From an uncultured Gemmatimonadales bacterium (GTDB lineage Bacteria; Gemmatimonadota; Gemmatimonadetes; Gemmatimonadales; GWC2-71-9), in assembly GCA_963748815.1 (NCBI GenBank), contig CAVVKJ010000005.1:480001-544000 (forward strand): a stretch of DNA of 64,000 bases. The letters are read 5' to 3'. A program made the position numbers and the translations under genes. The notes beneath the pieces are model-generated. The model made no database searches, was not told the origin of the DNA, and worked only from the letters and a program-made list of their open reading frames with translations. This document shows, one piece after another, positions 32,251-41,396 of the stretch (position 1 is its first letter; every line of letters begins with the position of its first letter).

Positions 32251-34904
32251 CTAGAAGGTGAAGCCGCCGAGAGCGTTGATGAAGACGCCATGCCCGGCGC
32301 CGGTTGCCACCGTGAGACTCGCGGCGAGGGAGCGGTCGAGCAGCGCCGCCCAGAGTCCCCCGCCGAAACTTGGATGCCAGACACTTGACTGCTGCCCGCT
32401 CACCCAGACCCGGCCGACATCGGCCAGGCCGAGCACGCCGAAGTCCCAGGGCAAGACGAACTGGATCTGGGTGACCCGGAGGCGAAGGTCCAGGTTTCCG
32501 TAGAGCGAATGGTCGCCCTCGTACCGCGCCTGCGGGAGGCCTCGAACCGTCCGGCCGCCGCCCACGAACGCCGCTTCGTAGTAGGGCACACTGCCCGCGG
32601 TGGTAGTGCCGCCGACCCGGGTCGCCACGGTCATCGCCTGCCACCAGGGCGGAGTCAGGTAGGCGGCGATCGATCCCGTGGCCGTCACGAAGTCGCCGCT
32701 TCCGTCCTTCACCCAGGGATACCAGCCGCCGGTCAGCGTCGCCAGCACGCCCGATCGGGGGGCACCCTTGACGTCGCGGGAATCGAAGACGAAGTCGCCG
32801 GTGAGTCCCACCTGCCCAAAGCTGGGGCTCCCGTACGGCTGCGCGATCCCGATGTAGAGATTGCTATCGAGCGGGGTGTCCACCGATTTCAACTCGATGC
32901 CCGCCCCGACCTTGACCCGGCGTGAGAGCGGGAGGAGCAGGGCGGGGGCCAGCCCGTAGAGGTTGCGCCCCGCCCGGTAGTAGCCATTGGTGCTGTCGCC
33001 CGGCGTCTCGTTGCCATAGCCGTAGAAATACACCGCGCCGACACCGGAGGCGGCGGCTTCGACCTGCAGCTGCAGCGGGGAGTGCGCGAACCGGAAGTCC
33101 CCCAGAAATTCCACGACCCCCTTTTTGGAATCGGAGCCGTAGGCGGCTCGGAGCGTGAGGCGGTTCCGGTATGGACGGGCGTCGCCCGACCAGTCGGTCC
33201 GGACCACGCCGGCGCCGATGAGGAGGCCGACGCCCGAGGTCAACGCCAGCCACCCGGTGGGATGGTAGGTGTGCGGGACGTCCGTCCGCTCCTCTCCGGT
33301 GCTGTCGATGGAGGCGAGTGGGTCGGGAAGCGAGGCGGAGCGGGTTCGGACCCGGTCCGGCTGATCGGAGGTCACCGTGACCGACTTGTCGTACACGGTA
33401 ATGGCCCCCCGGTCGCCGGTGCCGGTCACCGCGAGCGACGATCCCGGCAGCGGGGCCACCCGGATCGCCGGTGCCCGGCCCGGTGCCCCCACGACCTCCA
33501 GCGTGTCGGCCCCGCTCCCCATAAACAGGGTCACCTTCTCGGTCTCATGCGCGAGGAACGGTGCCGATGCCCTGGGCCCGAGGTGCAGGGTGAGCGAGTC
33601 TCGCCCGATCCACTCCGCGAGGACGCGCTCGGATGCCGACGTCGCGTAGATCTCTGCATCCTTCCGCACCTGGCGGTACATGCGGTCGACCGCCTGCGAC
33701 AGGTGGTCCCGCCGGTACCGGAGGTCGCGTGCAATCCCCTCGCCGATCTTGGCCTGGTACGCCGGCGGCATCTGGGCCACCGCCGCATCGATCACGGAGT
33801 CGGTGAGCCGTTCCTGCAGCATCGCGGCCACGGAGTCCCAGGTGTGGCGACCGAGCGACCCGAGGAGGAAGCGAAAGGCGCTGGTCTGGTCCGATGCCCC
33901 GGTCAGCGTGCGTGGATAATGCTTCCCGAAACTGGTCAGGTCAGGCGCCAGGGGGCGCCAGAGATTCGCGACAATGCCGTCGTATCGCGACAACGCCGTG
34001 GCCCGGAAGGTCCCCAGCGGACGCCAGAGGACCTCCATGCCGGTGACGGATGCCTCCCACCGCCATTCGATGAAGCGTGGGTTCAGGTTGCCCACATACA
34101 CATCGAACAGCGTCGCCTGCAGCACCGCCGTGGCGTCGGCGTATTCGGACGCACCCGAGAGGGCTCGATGCAGGAAGGCCAGCGTGCTGACGACGGCGCC
34201 GTTGGACACCGGACCGGTGGAGTCCGGCAGGCCAACGGGGTCGCCCCGGAGGAGGTACCCGGCCCGCGCCGAGTCGCCGAGGGCGGCGAGATGGAGTCCC
34301 GCCCCGGCCGGAATCGCCACCAGCCAGGCGTCCTGGTTTGGCACCCCCGCCGCCGCGGCCAGCGCCGCCGCCACGAGTGGTCCGGCGGGATTGCGTCCAC
34401 TCGTGAGGTCGGCCACAAGGCCGTCGCTCACCGCTTCGGGAACCACGCCGGGGGGAAGCTGTGCGGGGCCGTGCGGTCCAGCGGATAGAAGGTCCAATGC
34501 GATCCGTCGGCACCCACGAGGTAGATGAGTCCCGCTTCGAGCCCGGACCCCCGCCCTGTCTCGGTGAGGCCCCCGGCAGTGGCCTGCAGGTCCAACACCG
34601 GAAGTGTGATGGGGGTGCGCCAGAGATCCCGATAGCGGGAGCCGAACATCGGGGTGCCAAGCCAGCTGATCCAGGAGGTGGTGCTGAACTGGGGGCCGGG
34701 GACCACCGTCACGCTGTCGCGCAGGACGGGACGAGCCTGCCCCGCGGCAGGGGAGGTCGATAGACCGAGTGCGACGAGCACCAACCACAGCTCGCGAGCG
34801 ATCCTACTGGCCCTGCGCGCAAGTCGCACTGGCACTGACTCCGCAAACCAGGGTGAGAAGGGCCACGATCGATCCGGTTCCCGCGGATCAGCTCCGTCAA
34901 TCAT
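32251..34904 (-). CDS. Omp85 (BamA/TamA-like) barrel protein with large non-POTRA N-terminal domain; frameshift probably in the G6 run at 34450-34455; start uncertain
   Basis: FDSRD...PRSG, VGGGRTVRG (VRGY-like loop), GLADVGRVW, terminal GFTF. Confidence 0.78.
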
Positions 34905-34931
34905 AACCGCGCACGAGCGGCCCGGCCCCTG

Positions 34932-35777
34932 TCAGGGGAGCTTCGCGCTGGCCTCACCCACCACGCGTTGAACCATCGGGTTGTCGGGGAATTGCTGCGT
35001 GAGCTGTTGCAGCACACCGCGCGCAGAGTCGGGCTGCCCCATCGCCAGATAAATGTCGCTCCGCAGCAACCCGGCCTGGAGGGCCATGCGGGCGTTGTCG
35101 GTCGGCACCTGGAGCTGGTCCACGGAGGCCATGGCCGCCGCGGGGTCGTGCCGGTCCACCAGCTGTGACCGCGCCGCGAGCAGCTGGACGCCGAAGTCAT
35201 CCGGCATCTGGCGCGCCAGTTCCTCAGTCAGGCGGGCGGCGTCGGCGGTATCGCCCGCCTCGCGCTCGGCGCGGGCTCCGTTGAACAGCCCCGCCACCAG
35301 GAGGTTCTTCACGTGGTCGGGATGGCCGGATCGCGTGCCGACGCCGCCGGCGTAGTTATACACCACCTCGCCGCCATGCTCCGCCGCCTCGAAGAGGAAG
35401 AACGCTGCGACGACCCCGGTGACCGCCGAGCCGATGAGCGCCAGGCGGCGGACCTTTTCCCGCTTTGCCAGCGCCAGCGCAAGAATTTCGAACCCTGCCA
35501 CGACCAGGAAGAGATTCCGCGCCCGCTCCCCCGCCGCCTCGTGTTTTTGCACCGCTTCGCGCGCGCCGGGAATCCGCTCGGCCGGGCCGTGCGCCTCGTC
35601 TCCGGAGCGCGCGGCCAGCACGCCGGAGAGTGCGGCGGCGAGCAGGGCCACCGTCGCGGCCGGCCTGATCCACTCGATCTTGACGACGAGGGAGAGGATC
35701 CGGAGTCCGACCCCGATGAAGCCGAGAACGACGATGAAATGGACGATTTGCGGATGGAACGAGGCGATGCTGGGCAT
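34932..35777 (-). CDS. DUF2231-like membrane protein with C-terminal TPR-like region
   Basis: FHPQIVHF, later conserved-looking His (KHE, EHGGEVVY), four hydrophobic helices; tail DIYLAMGQPDSARGVLQQL..FPD. Confidence 0.72.
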   Translation of the reverse strand: MPSIASFHPQIVHFIVVLGFIGVGLRILSLVVKIEWIRPAATVALLAAALSGVLAARSGDEAHGPAERIPGAREAVQKHEAAGERARNLFLVVAGFEILALALAKREKVRRLALIGSAVTGVVAAFFLFEAAEHGGEVVYNYAGGVGTRSGHPDHVKNLLVAGLFNGARAEREAGDTADAARLTEELARQMPDDFGVQLLAARSQLVDRHDPAAAMASVDQLQVPTDNARMALQAGLLRSDIYLAMGQPDSARGVLQQLTQQFPDNPMVQRVVGEASAKLP

Positions 35778-35879
35778 AAGGGCCTGGCCTGGCGAATAGG
35801 GGAGGCGAATGGAGCCGGTCTCCGGGCTCGCGAATCATAGGCCCGCAGGGGACGGGGTGGAAGTCGGCGGCCGGACGGG

Positions 35880-37034
35880 TCAGTCGCCGAGTGCCCGCCG
35901 GTACGCGTCCGCCGTCTGTCGCGCGGCGCGCGCCCAGGTGAATGCTGCCGCGCGCGCAATGCCGGCCTTGCCCAGGGTCTCGCGGCGAGCCGGGTCCGCC
36001 AGGAGCGACGCGATGGCCGCCGCAAGCCCGGCGACGTCCATCGGCTCGACGAGGACGGCCGCGTCGCCCGTCACCTCGGGCACGGAGGTCGCCCGGGCGG
36101 CGACGACAGGGCATCCCGCTTTCATCGCTTCAAGGACCGGGAAGCCGAAGCCCTCGAAATAGGAGGGGAAGGCGAAGAGGTCCGCGGCGGAGTAGGCGGC
36201 AATCAGCTGGTCCTCGCTAAGACCGGAGCGATACCGCACGTGGCGTTCGAGCCCGTGACGCGCCACCCGGGCGCGGGTCCGCGCGCTCGGCCCGCCGACG
36301 CGGAGGAGGAGGAGGTCGGGCCAGTCCTTGACGAGGAGCGCCATCGCGTCGAGCAGCGACTCGACGTTCTTGCGGCGCTCCTCGCTGCCGACGTGCAGCA
36401 GCACCGGCCGATCCTGCTCCAGGCCGAGCGCGGCGCGGCTGGCCGCCCGGTCGCGCGGTGCGAACGCGGGGCCGACGGCGTGGTGCACCACGCTCGTGCG
36501 CGACTCGGGGTAGTCGTATTCCGACAGGAAATCCACGCGCGAATACTCCGACGCGAAGATCAACCCGCGGGCCCGCCGGAGTGGCGGGAAGTGGCGCCGG
36601 CGCAGCCAGGTGGAGATCCCGGGGTGATTGGCACCGAGTCGCAGTGCGATGAGGTCCTGCACGGTCACGACGGCGGGCGCAGCGTGCCGCACGCCGGCCC
36701 CCATCATCTGACTCGAGAAGTGGTAGAGGTCGTACCCGGCCGGCACTCGGCGCGGAAAGTAGTAGTGGGAGTTGAGCAGGTAGGTCGTGCCGAAGCCTCG
36801 TGCCTTGGCCCAGCGCGGCCGGTCCTGGATGGTGATCGTGGAGCCGTCCGCCGGCGCATGGGATGCACGCCATTCCCGCGGGTCCGCGCGGCCCGGCAGG
36901 TTCTGGAGCAGCAGGTCGACGTGGACGGGCCGGGGGTCGAGGGCGTGGAGGGCGTGGTTCAGCTCTCGGGCGTAGCGGCCGATGCCGCCGCCGGGGGGAT
37001 GGTCGTTGACCAGGAGGACGCGTGGGAGGGTCAG
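35880..37034 (-). CDS. GT4-family glycosyltransferase; probable CTG start
   Basis: GGIGRY, RKNV, FPSYFEGFGFPVLEAMKAGCPVV, FTWARAA. Confidence 0.92.
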   Translation of the reverse strand: MTLPRVLLVNDHPPGGGIGRYARELNHALHALDPRPVHVDLLLQNLPGRADPREWRASHAPADGSTITIQDRPRWAKARGFGTTYLLNSHYYFPRRVPAGYDLYHFSSQMMGAGVRHAAPAVVTVQDLIALRLGANHPGISTWLRRRHFPPLRRARGLIFASEYSRVDFLSEYDYPESRTSVVHHAVGPAFAPRDRAASRAALGLEQDRPVLLHVGSEERRKNVESLLDAMALLVKDWPDLLLLRVGGPSARTRARVARHGLERHVRYRSGLSEDQLIAAYSAADLFAFPSYFEGFGFPVLEAMKAGCPVVAARATSVPEVTGDAAVLVEPMDVAGLAAAIASLLADPARRETLGKAGIARAAAFTWARAARQTADAYRRALGD

Positions 37035-37921
37035 CCGGCCGCCTCCTCCTGCTTCACGGCGCGCCCAACGAGAATGGTGATGTTGTCGCTCCCGCCGTCC
37101 GCCAGCGCGTCTTCGAGCAGCTGCTCGCACACCTGCCTCGCCGAGGTCATCGACCGCAGTCGCTCCGTGATCTTTTCGTCGGAGACGTGCTTGGAGAGTC
37201 CGTCGCTGCACAGCAGGATGACGTTGTTCCACGCCATCTCGATCCGGGTCACGACCGGCGCCGTCTGGTGGCCCCCGATCGCGCTCGAGAGCACGTGCGC
37301 CCACCGGGTCCGCGGGGCGTCGGCGCGGGTCAGCACGCCCTGGTCCACGAGCTCCTGCGCCATCGTCTGATCACGGGTGATCTGGGTGAGCACGCCGTCG
37401 CGCATCAGGTAACACCGGCTGTCGCCGAGCTGCAGGAGGTAGGCCCTCGGCCAGACGCCGAGGTACAAGGTGAGCGTGGTGGCCATGTTGCGTCCGCTCG
37501 GGTCGGCCTGGGCCCGCTCCACGACGCGCGCATGCGTCTGCATGGCCGCGGCCTCGAGGGCGGAGACGAAATCCTCCTCCGCCGCGGCGTCGGCGGTATA
37601 GTACGCCCGCATGCTCTGGGCGACGTATTCCGTCACGGCCTCGACCGCCAGCCGGCTCGCTTCCTCGCCGTGCGAACTGCCGCCGACCCCGTCGGCGACC
37701 ATGGCCAGGGTCGCAAGCCGTTCGGTCGCGGGCCACCGACTGCCGTCGGGAAGGCTGGTGAGGGCAATGTCCACGTGCCGCCGGAGGGCGCAGATGAGAA
37801 AGTGATCCTGGTTCGACGACCGGACGCTGCCCCTGTGGGTCAGGCCGTAGATGTCGCGCTCGGCGTCCGTCGGCTTGCGCGTCGACGGCATGTCCGGTGG
37901 CGGCTCGAAGGATGAGCTCAT
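37031..37921 (-). CDS. PP2C-family Ser/Thr protein phosphatase
   Basis: RSSNQD, VADGVGG, MATT, GDSRCY, LLCSDGL, GSDNIT. Confidence 0.93.
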   Translation of the reverse strand: MSSSFEPPPDMPSTRKPTDAERDIYGLTHRGSVRSSNQDHFLICALRRHVDIALTSLPDGSRWPATERLATLAMVADGVGGSSHGEEASRLAVEAVTEYVAQSMRAYYTADAAAEEDFVSALEAAAMQTHARVVERAQADPSGRNMATTLTLYLGVWPRAYLLQLGDSRCYLMRDGVLTQITRDQTMAQELVDQGVLTRADAPRTRWAHVLSSAIGGHQTAPVVTRIEMAWNNVILLCSDGLSKHVSDEKITERLRSMTSARQVCEQLLEDALADGGSDNITILVGRAVKQEEAAG

Positions 37922-37942
37922 CTGCCTTCCTCTCCTGGGTGC

Positions 37943-40171
37943 CTAGCGCGTACCGCCGCTGCCGATGGTGCGGGCGAGGAACCGGTCCGACACCTCCTGG
38001 ATCATCTTGAAGCTCGGGAAGTTGTATGCCGCGCCGTGGCGTCCCGGCGGGTAGATCCGCAGCTCGACGTCGACCCCCGCGTCGGTCGCCGCGGTGAGAA
38101 ACTGCATCGTGTTCACCGGGTGCACGTTGTCGTCCATCATCGAGTGCACCACGAGCAGCTTCCCCTTGATCCGTCCGGCCCGCGGGTTAACCGCGGAGCT
38201 GTCGTAGCCGGCCGCGTTGTCGGGGAGGACGTCCATGTATCGCTCGGCATAAATCGTGTCATAGAGGCGCCAGTCGCTGACGGCCGAGTTGGCGATGCCC
38301 GCCGCGAAGACGTCTGGGTAGGCGGCCATCGTGTACAGGACGCTGTACCCGCCGTAGCTGGTGCCGTCGATCGCGATTCGGCCGCCGTCCACGTAGGGCT
38401 GACTGGCCAGCCACCGTGCGGCCTCCGCAAAGTCCATCGCCTCGTACTTGCCGAGGTGCCGATACACCTGCTTCATGAACGCGCTGCCGTAGTTGTTGGA
38501 GCCCCGGTTGTTGAGGCCCACGATGATGTAGCCCTGCTGGGCCCGCCACTGGTCCATGCCGTTGGAGCCGAACCGATCATACACCTGCTGCGAGCCGGGC
38601 CCGCCGTAGATATCGAGGATGACGGGGTATTTCTTCGCCGGATCGAAGTCGGGCGGCTTGATCATCGAGCCGTCGAGCACCTGGCCGTCGGTGGTGGTGA
38701 ACTGGAAGAGTTCCACCGGGGCGTAGGCGTACGTGGACATCCAGGTGGTGACGGCGGCGTTGTCCTCCAGCTGCTGGAGCATCTTGCCGCCGGTGGCCCA
38801 CAGCTCAACCTGTCGCGGCTGCGTGGTAGAGGACCAGCGATCGATGTAGTACCTGGCGTTCGGCGCCATGTCGATGGCGTGCGTGCCGGTCGTCGTGGTC
38901 AGGCGCTTCTTGCCCTTGCCATCGAAGCGGACAGCGTAGAGCTGCCGCTGGAGCGGCGAGACTTCCGTGGAGCTGAAGTAGATCATCTTCCGGGCGGGGT
39001 CGGTCCCCTCGATGCGGGTGACCGTGTAGGGGCCGCTGGTGATCTGGTTGATCAGCTTGCCGGAGTAGTCGTAGCGGTAGATGTGCTGCCAGCCGTCCTG
39101 GTCGGATATCCAGAAGAACTCCCTGCTGCCGGCCGGGAAGGTCATCATGTCCTGGATGCCGGCGTAGAAGTCGTACACGTCGAGCCAGGTGTCGCTGGTC
39201 CAGGTCCGCACCAGGCGGCTGCCCGCGTCCTGCACGTTGAAGAAGAGGAGGCGGAGGGTGTTCTGCTTCCGATTGAGCTCGAGCACGGCCAGGGTGTCGG
39301 GGGAGCTGGTCCAGTAGATCCGCGGTATGTAGAAATCCCCGGTCGCCTTGGTGTCGAGCCAGACCTGCTTCCCGGTGGCGACGTTCACGACGCCGATCCG
39401 GACCTTCGGGTTGGAATCCCCCGGTTGCGGGATGCGCAACTTGTCCCACTCAGGATGCGCCCCCTCGTAGTTTGACAGCTGAATCACCGGCTCGGCGCTC
39501 TCGTCGACCTGCCAGTAGGCCAGATGCCGGCTGTCCGGCGACCAGTTCCAGGCCTGCGCCATCCCGAACTCTTCCTCGTAGACCCAGTCGAACCGGCCGT
39601 TGTGCAGCGTCTCGGTGGCGCCGGTGGTGAGGCGCCGGTCGGCGTTGTTCGCGAGGTCGCGGACGTAGAGATCCCCGCCGAGCTCGTACCCGAAGAGCGC
39701 CCCGTTGGGCGAGAGCTCGCCGGTCTGGGCCCCCTTCGCGGCGAGCTGCATCGACTTGTCGGCCAGCGAATAGACGAAATAGTCCGAACTGCCGGAGCGT
39801 CGGTAGATCTGCTTGAACCGGGTCTGGAAGACCAGGTGCTTCGAGTCCTGCGCGAACTGGAACGATCGATAGCTGAACGGGGCCGCTGTGTCCGGGAAGG
39901 TGACGCCCTTGGCGGAGAAGAGCAGGGTGTCGCTGCCGGTCGCTGGATCGGTCGCGCGGATCTCCTCGCCGTCCGCTCCCCGCGTGGTATAGGAATACCG
40001 GTTGCCGCCGTCGATCCAGGTGACGCCGCGCGGCCCCGACCGGCCGGCCATAGCACCGGATGCCTGGAGCGCCTCGGTCACGTTGGCAAACGTCTTCTTG
40101 TCCTGGGCCTGCCCCGGAACGGTGAGCAGGGCAGTCGAGAGGAGCACGAGCGACAGGGTGCGGTAGCGCAT
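37943..40171 (-). CDS. S9-family dipeptidyl peptidase IV-like protein
   Basis: Signal peptide; DWVYEEE, GTSYGG nucleophile motif, DDNVH, C-terminal His. Confidence 0.95.
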   Translation of the reverse strand: MRYRTLSLVLLSTALLTVPGQAQDKKTFANVTEALQASGAMAGRSGPRGVTWIDGGNRYSYTTRGADGEEIRATDPATGSDTLLFSAKGVTFPDTAAPFSYRSFQFAQDSKHLVFQTRFKQIYRRSGSSDYFVYSLADKSMQLAAKGAQTGELSPNGALFGYELGGDLYVRDLANNADRRLTTGATETLHNGRFDWVYEEEFGMAQAWNWSPDSRHLAYWQVDESAEPVIQLSNYEGAHPEWDKLRIPQPGDSNPKVRIGVVNVATGKQVWLDTKATGDFYIPRIYWTSSPDTLAVLELNRKQNTLRLLFFNVQDAGSRLVRTWTSDTWLDVYDFYAGIQDMMTFPAGSREFFWISDQDGWQHIYRYDYSGKLINQITSGPYTVTRIEGTDPARKMIYFSSTEVSPLQRQLYAVRFDGKGKKRLTTTTGTHAIDMAPNARYYIDRWSSTTQPRQVELWATGGKMLQQLEDNAAVTTWMSTYAYAPVELFQFTTTDGQVLDGSMIKPPDFDPAKKYPVILDIYGGPGSQQVYDRFGSNGMDQWRAQQGYIIVGLNNRGSNNYGSAFMKQVYRHLGKYEAMDFAEAARWLASQPYVDGGRIAIDGTSYGGYSVLYTMAAYPDVFAAGIANSAVSDWRLYDTIYAERYMDVLPDNAAGYDSSAVNPRAGRIKGKLLVVHSMMDDNVHPVNTMQFLTAATDAGVDVELRIYPPGRHGAAYNFPSFKMIQEVSDRFLARTIGSGGTR

Positions 40172-40362
40172 CGAAGTCCAAGTCCTGTGACGAGTGGAGG
40201 GAGGGAATCCCTGAAGGTACGCGTACGGGAAGGTTGTGCAACACGGACCCTGCAAGATGCCGCCAGCCGGCGCGCACCGCCAGCCGTTGGCGGATGGCAT
40301 ATATTAGAGTTGCCAGCTGCGAGCCTCTGGCGCGGTCCAGCCGCCTATCGATGGGGAACTGC

Positions 40363-41367
40363 ATGCCCACCAGTCCTAGCCGCCCGAGTGCGCCGCCGGC
40401 GGACTTTCCCATCCCGGTCCACTCCCGCAATCCGGGGATGCCGCTGGACCTCTCCTGGGTCCGATCGGTCCGCGCCAACCGGAGCGCGATCGAGCGACGG
40501 GCCGCCACCTTGCCCAAGCGGCGGACGGTGAAGCGGGAGTATCAGGCGGCGTGGCTCCTCCGCGCCATCACTCTGATGGACCTCACGACGCTGCAGGGCG
40601 ACGATACCCCGGACCGGGTGCGCCGCCTCTGCGCCAAGGCCCGGGCACCGGTCCGGGAGGACCTCCTCGCTGCCCTCGGCGCCGAGGGGCTGGGCATCCG
40701 GGTGGCGGCGGTCTGCGTCTACCACGGCCTCGTCCCCGCCGCCGTTGAGGCGCTGCGGGGCACCGGCATTCCGGTCGCGGCCGTCTCCACCGGCTTTCCG
40801 GCGGGCCTCAGCCCGCTTCCCCAGCGCGTCGCGGAAATTCACGCCTCGGTTGACGCGGGCGCGGACGAAATCGACGTCGTGATCACCCGGGGGCACGTCC
40901 TGGCCGGCGACTGGGAGGCGCTGTACGACGAGGTGCGGACCTTCCGCGAGGCCTGCGGGGACGCGCACATCAAGGTGATTCTCGGCACCGGGGAGCTGGG
41001 CACCCTGCGAAACGTGGCGCGGGCGAGCCTGGTCGCGATGATGGCCGGCGCCGATTTCATCAAGACCTCGACGGGGAAGGAGCCGGTCAACGCCACGCTG
41101 CCGGTGGGCCTGGTGATGGCGCGCGCCATCCGCGACTACCTCGAACGCACCGGCCACCGCGTCGGATTCAAGCCGGCCGGCGGCATCCGCACGGCGAAGG
41201 ACTCGCTGGACTGGCTCGCGATGATGAAGGACGAACTGGGCGACCCCTGGCTCCGCCCGGAACTCTTCCGATTCGGGGCGAGCGGACTGCTGACCGACAT
41301 CGAACGGCAACTCGAATTCTTCGTAACCGGCCGGTACTCGGCAGCGCACCGCCACCCGATGGCGTAG
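40363..41367 (+). CDS. deoC: Deoxyribose-phosphate aldolase
   Basis: MDLTTL, GADEIDVVI, GADFIKTSTGK, GFKPAGGI, FRFGAS. Confidence 0.96.
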   Translation: MPTSPSRPSAPPADFPIPVHSRNPGMPLDLSWVRSVRANRSAIERRAATLPKRRTVKREYQAAWLLRAITLMDLTTLQGDDTPDRVRRLCAKARAPVREDLLAALGAEGLGIRVAAVCVYHGLVPAAVEALRGTGIPVAAVSTGFPAGLSPLPQRVAEIHASVDAGADEIDVVITRGHVLAGDWEALYDEVRTFREACGDAHIKVILGTGELGTLRNVARASLVAMMAGADFIKTSTGKEPVNATLPVGLVMARAIRDYLERTGHRVGFKPAGGIRTAKDSLDWLAMMKDELGDPWLRPELFRFGASGLLTDIERQLEFFVTGRYSAAHRHPMA

Positions 41368-41396
41368 CGCTCACTGGCTGACGACAAGGACTCCCC

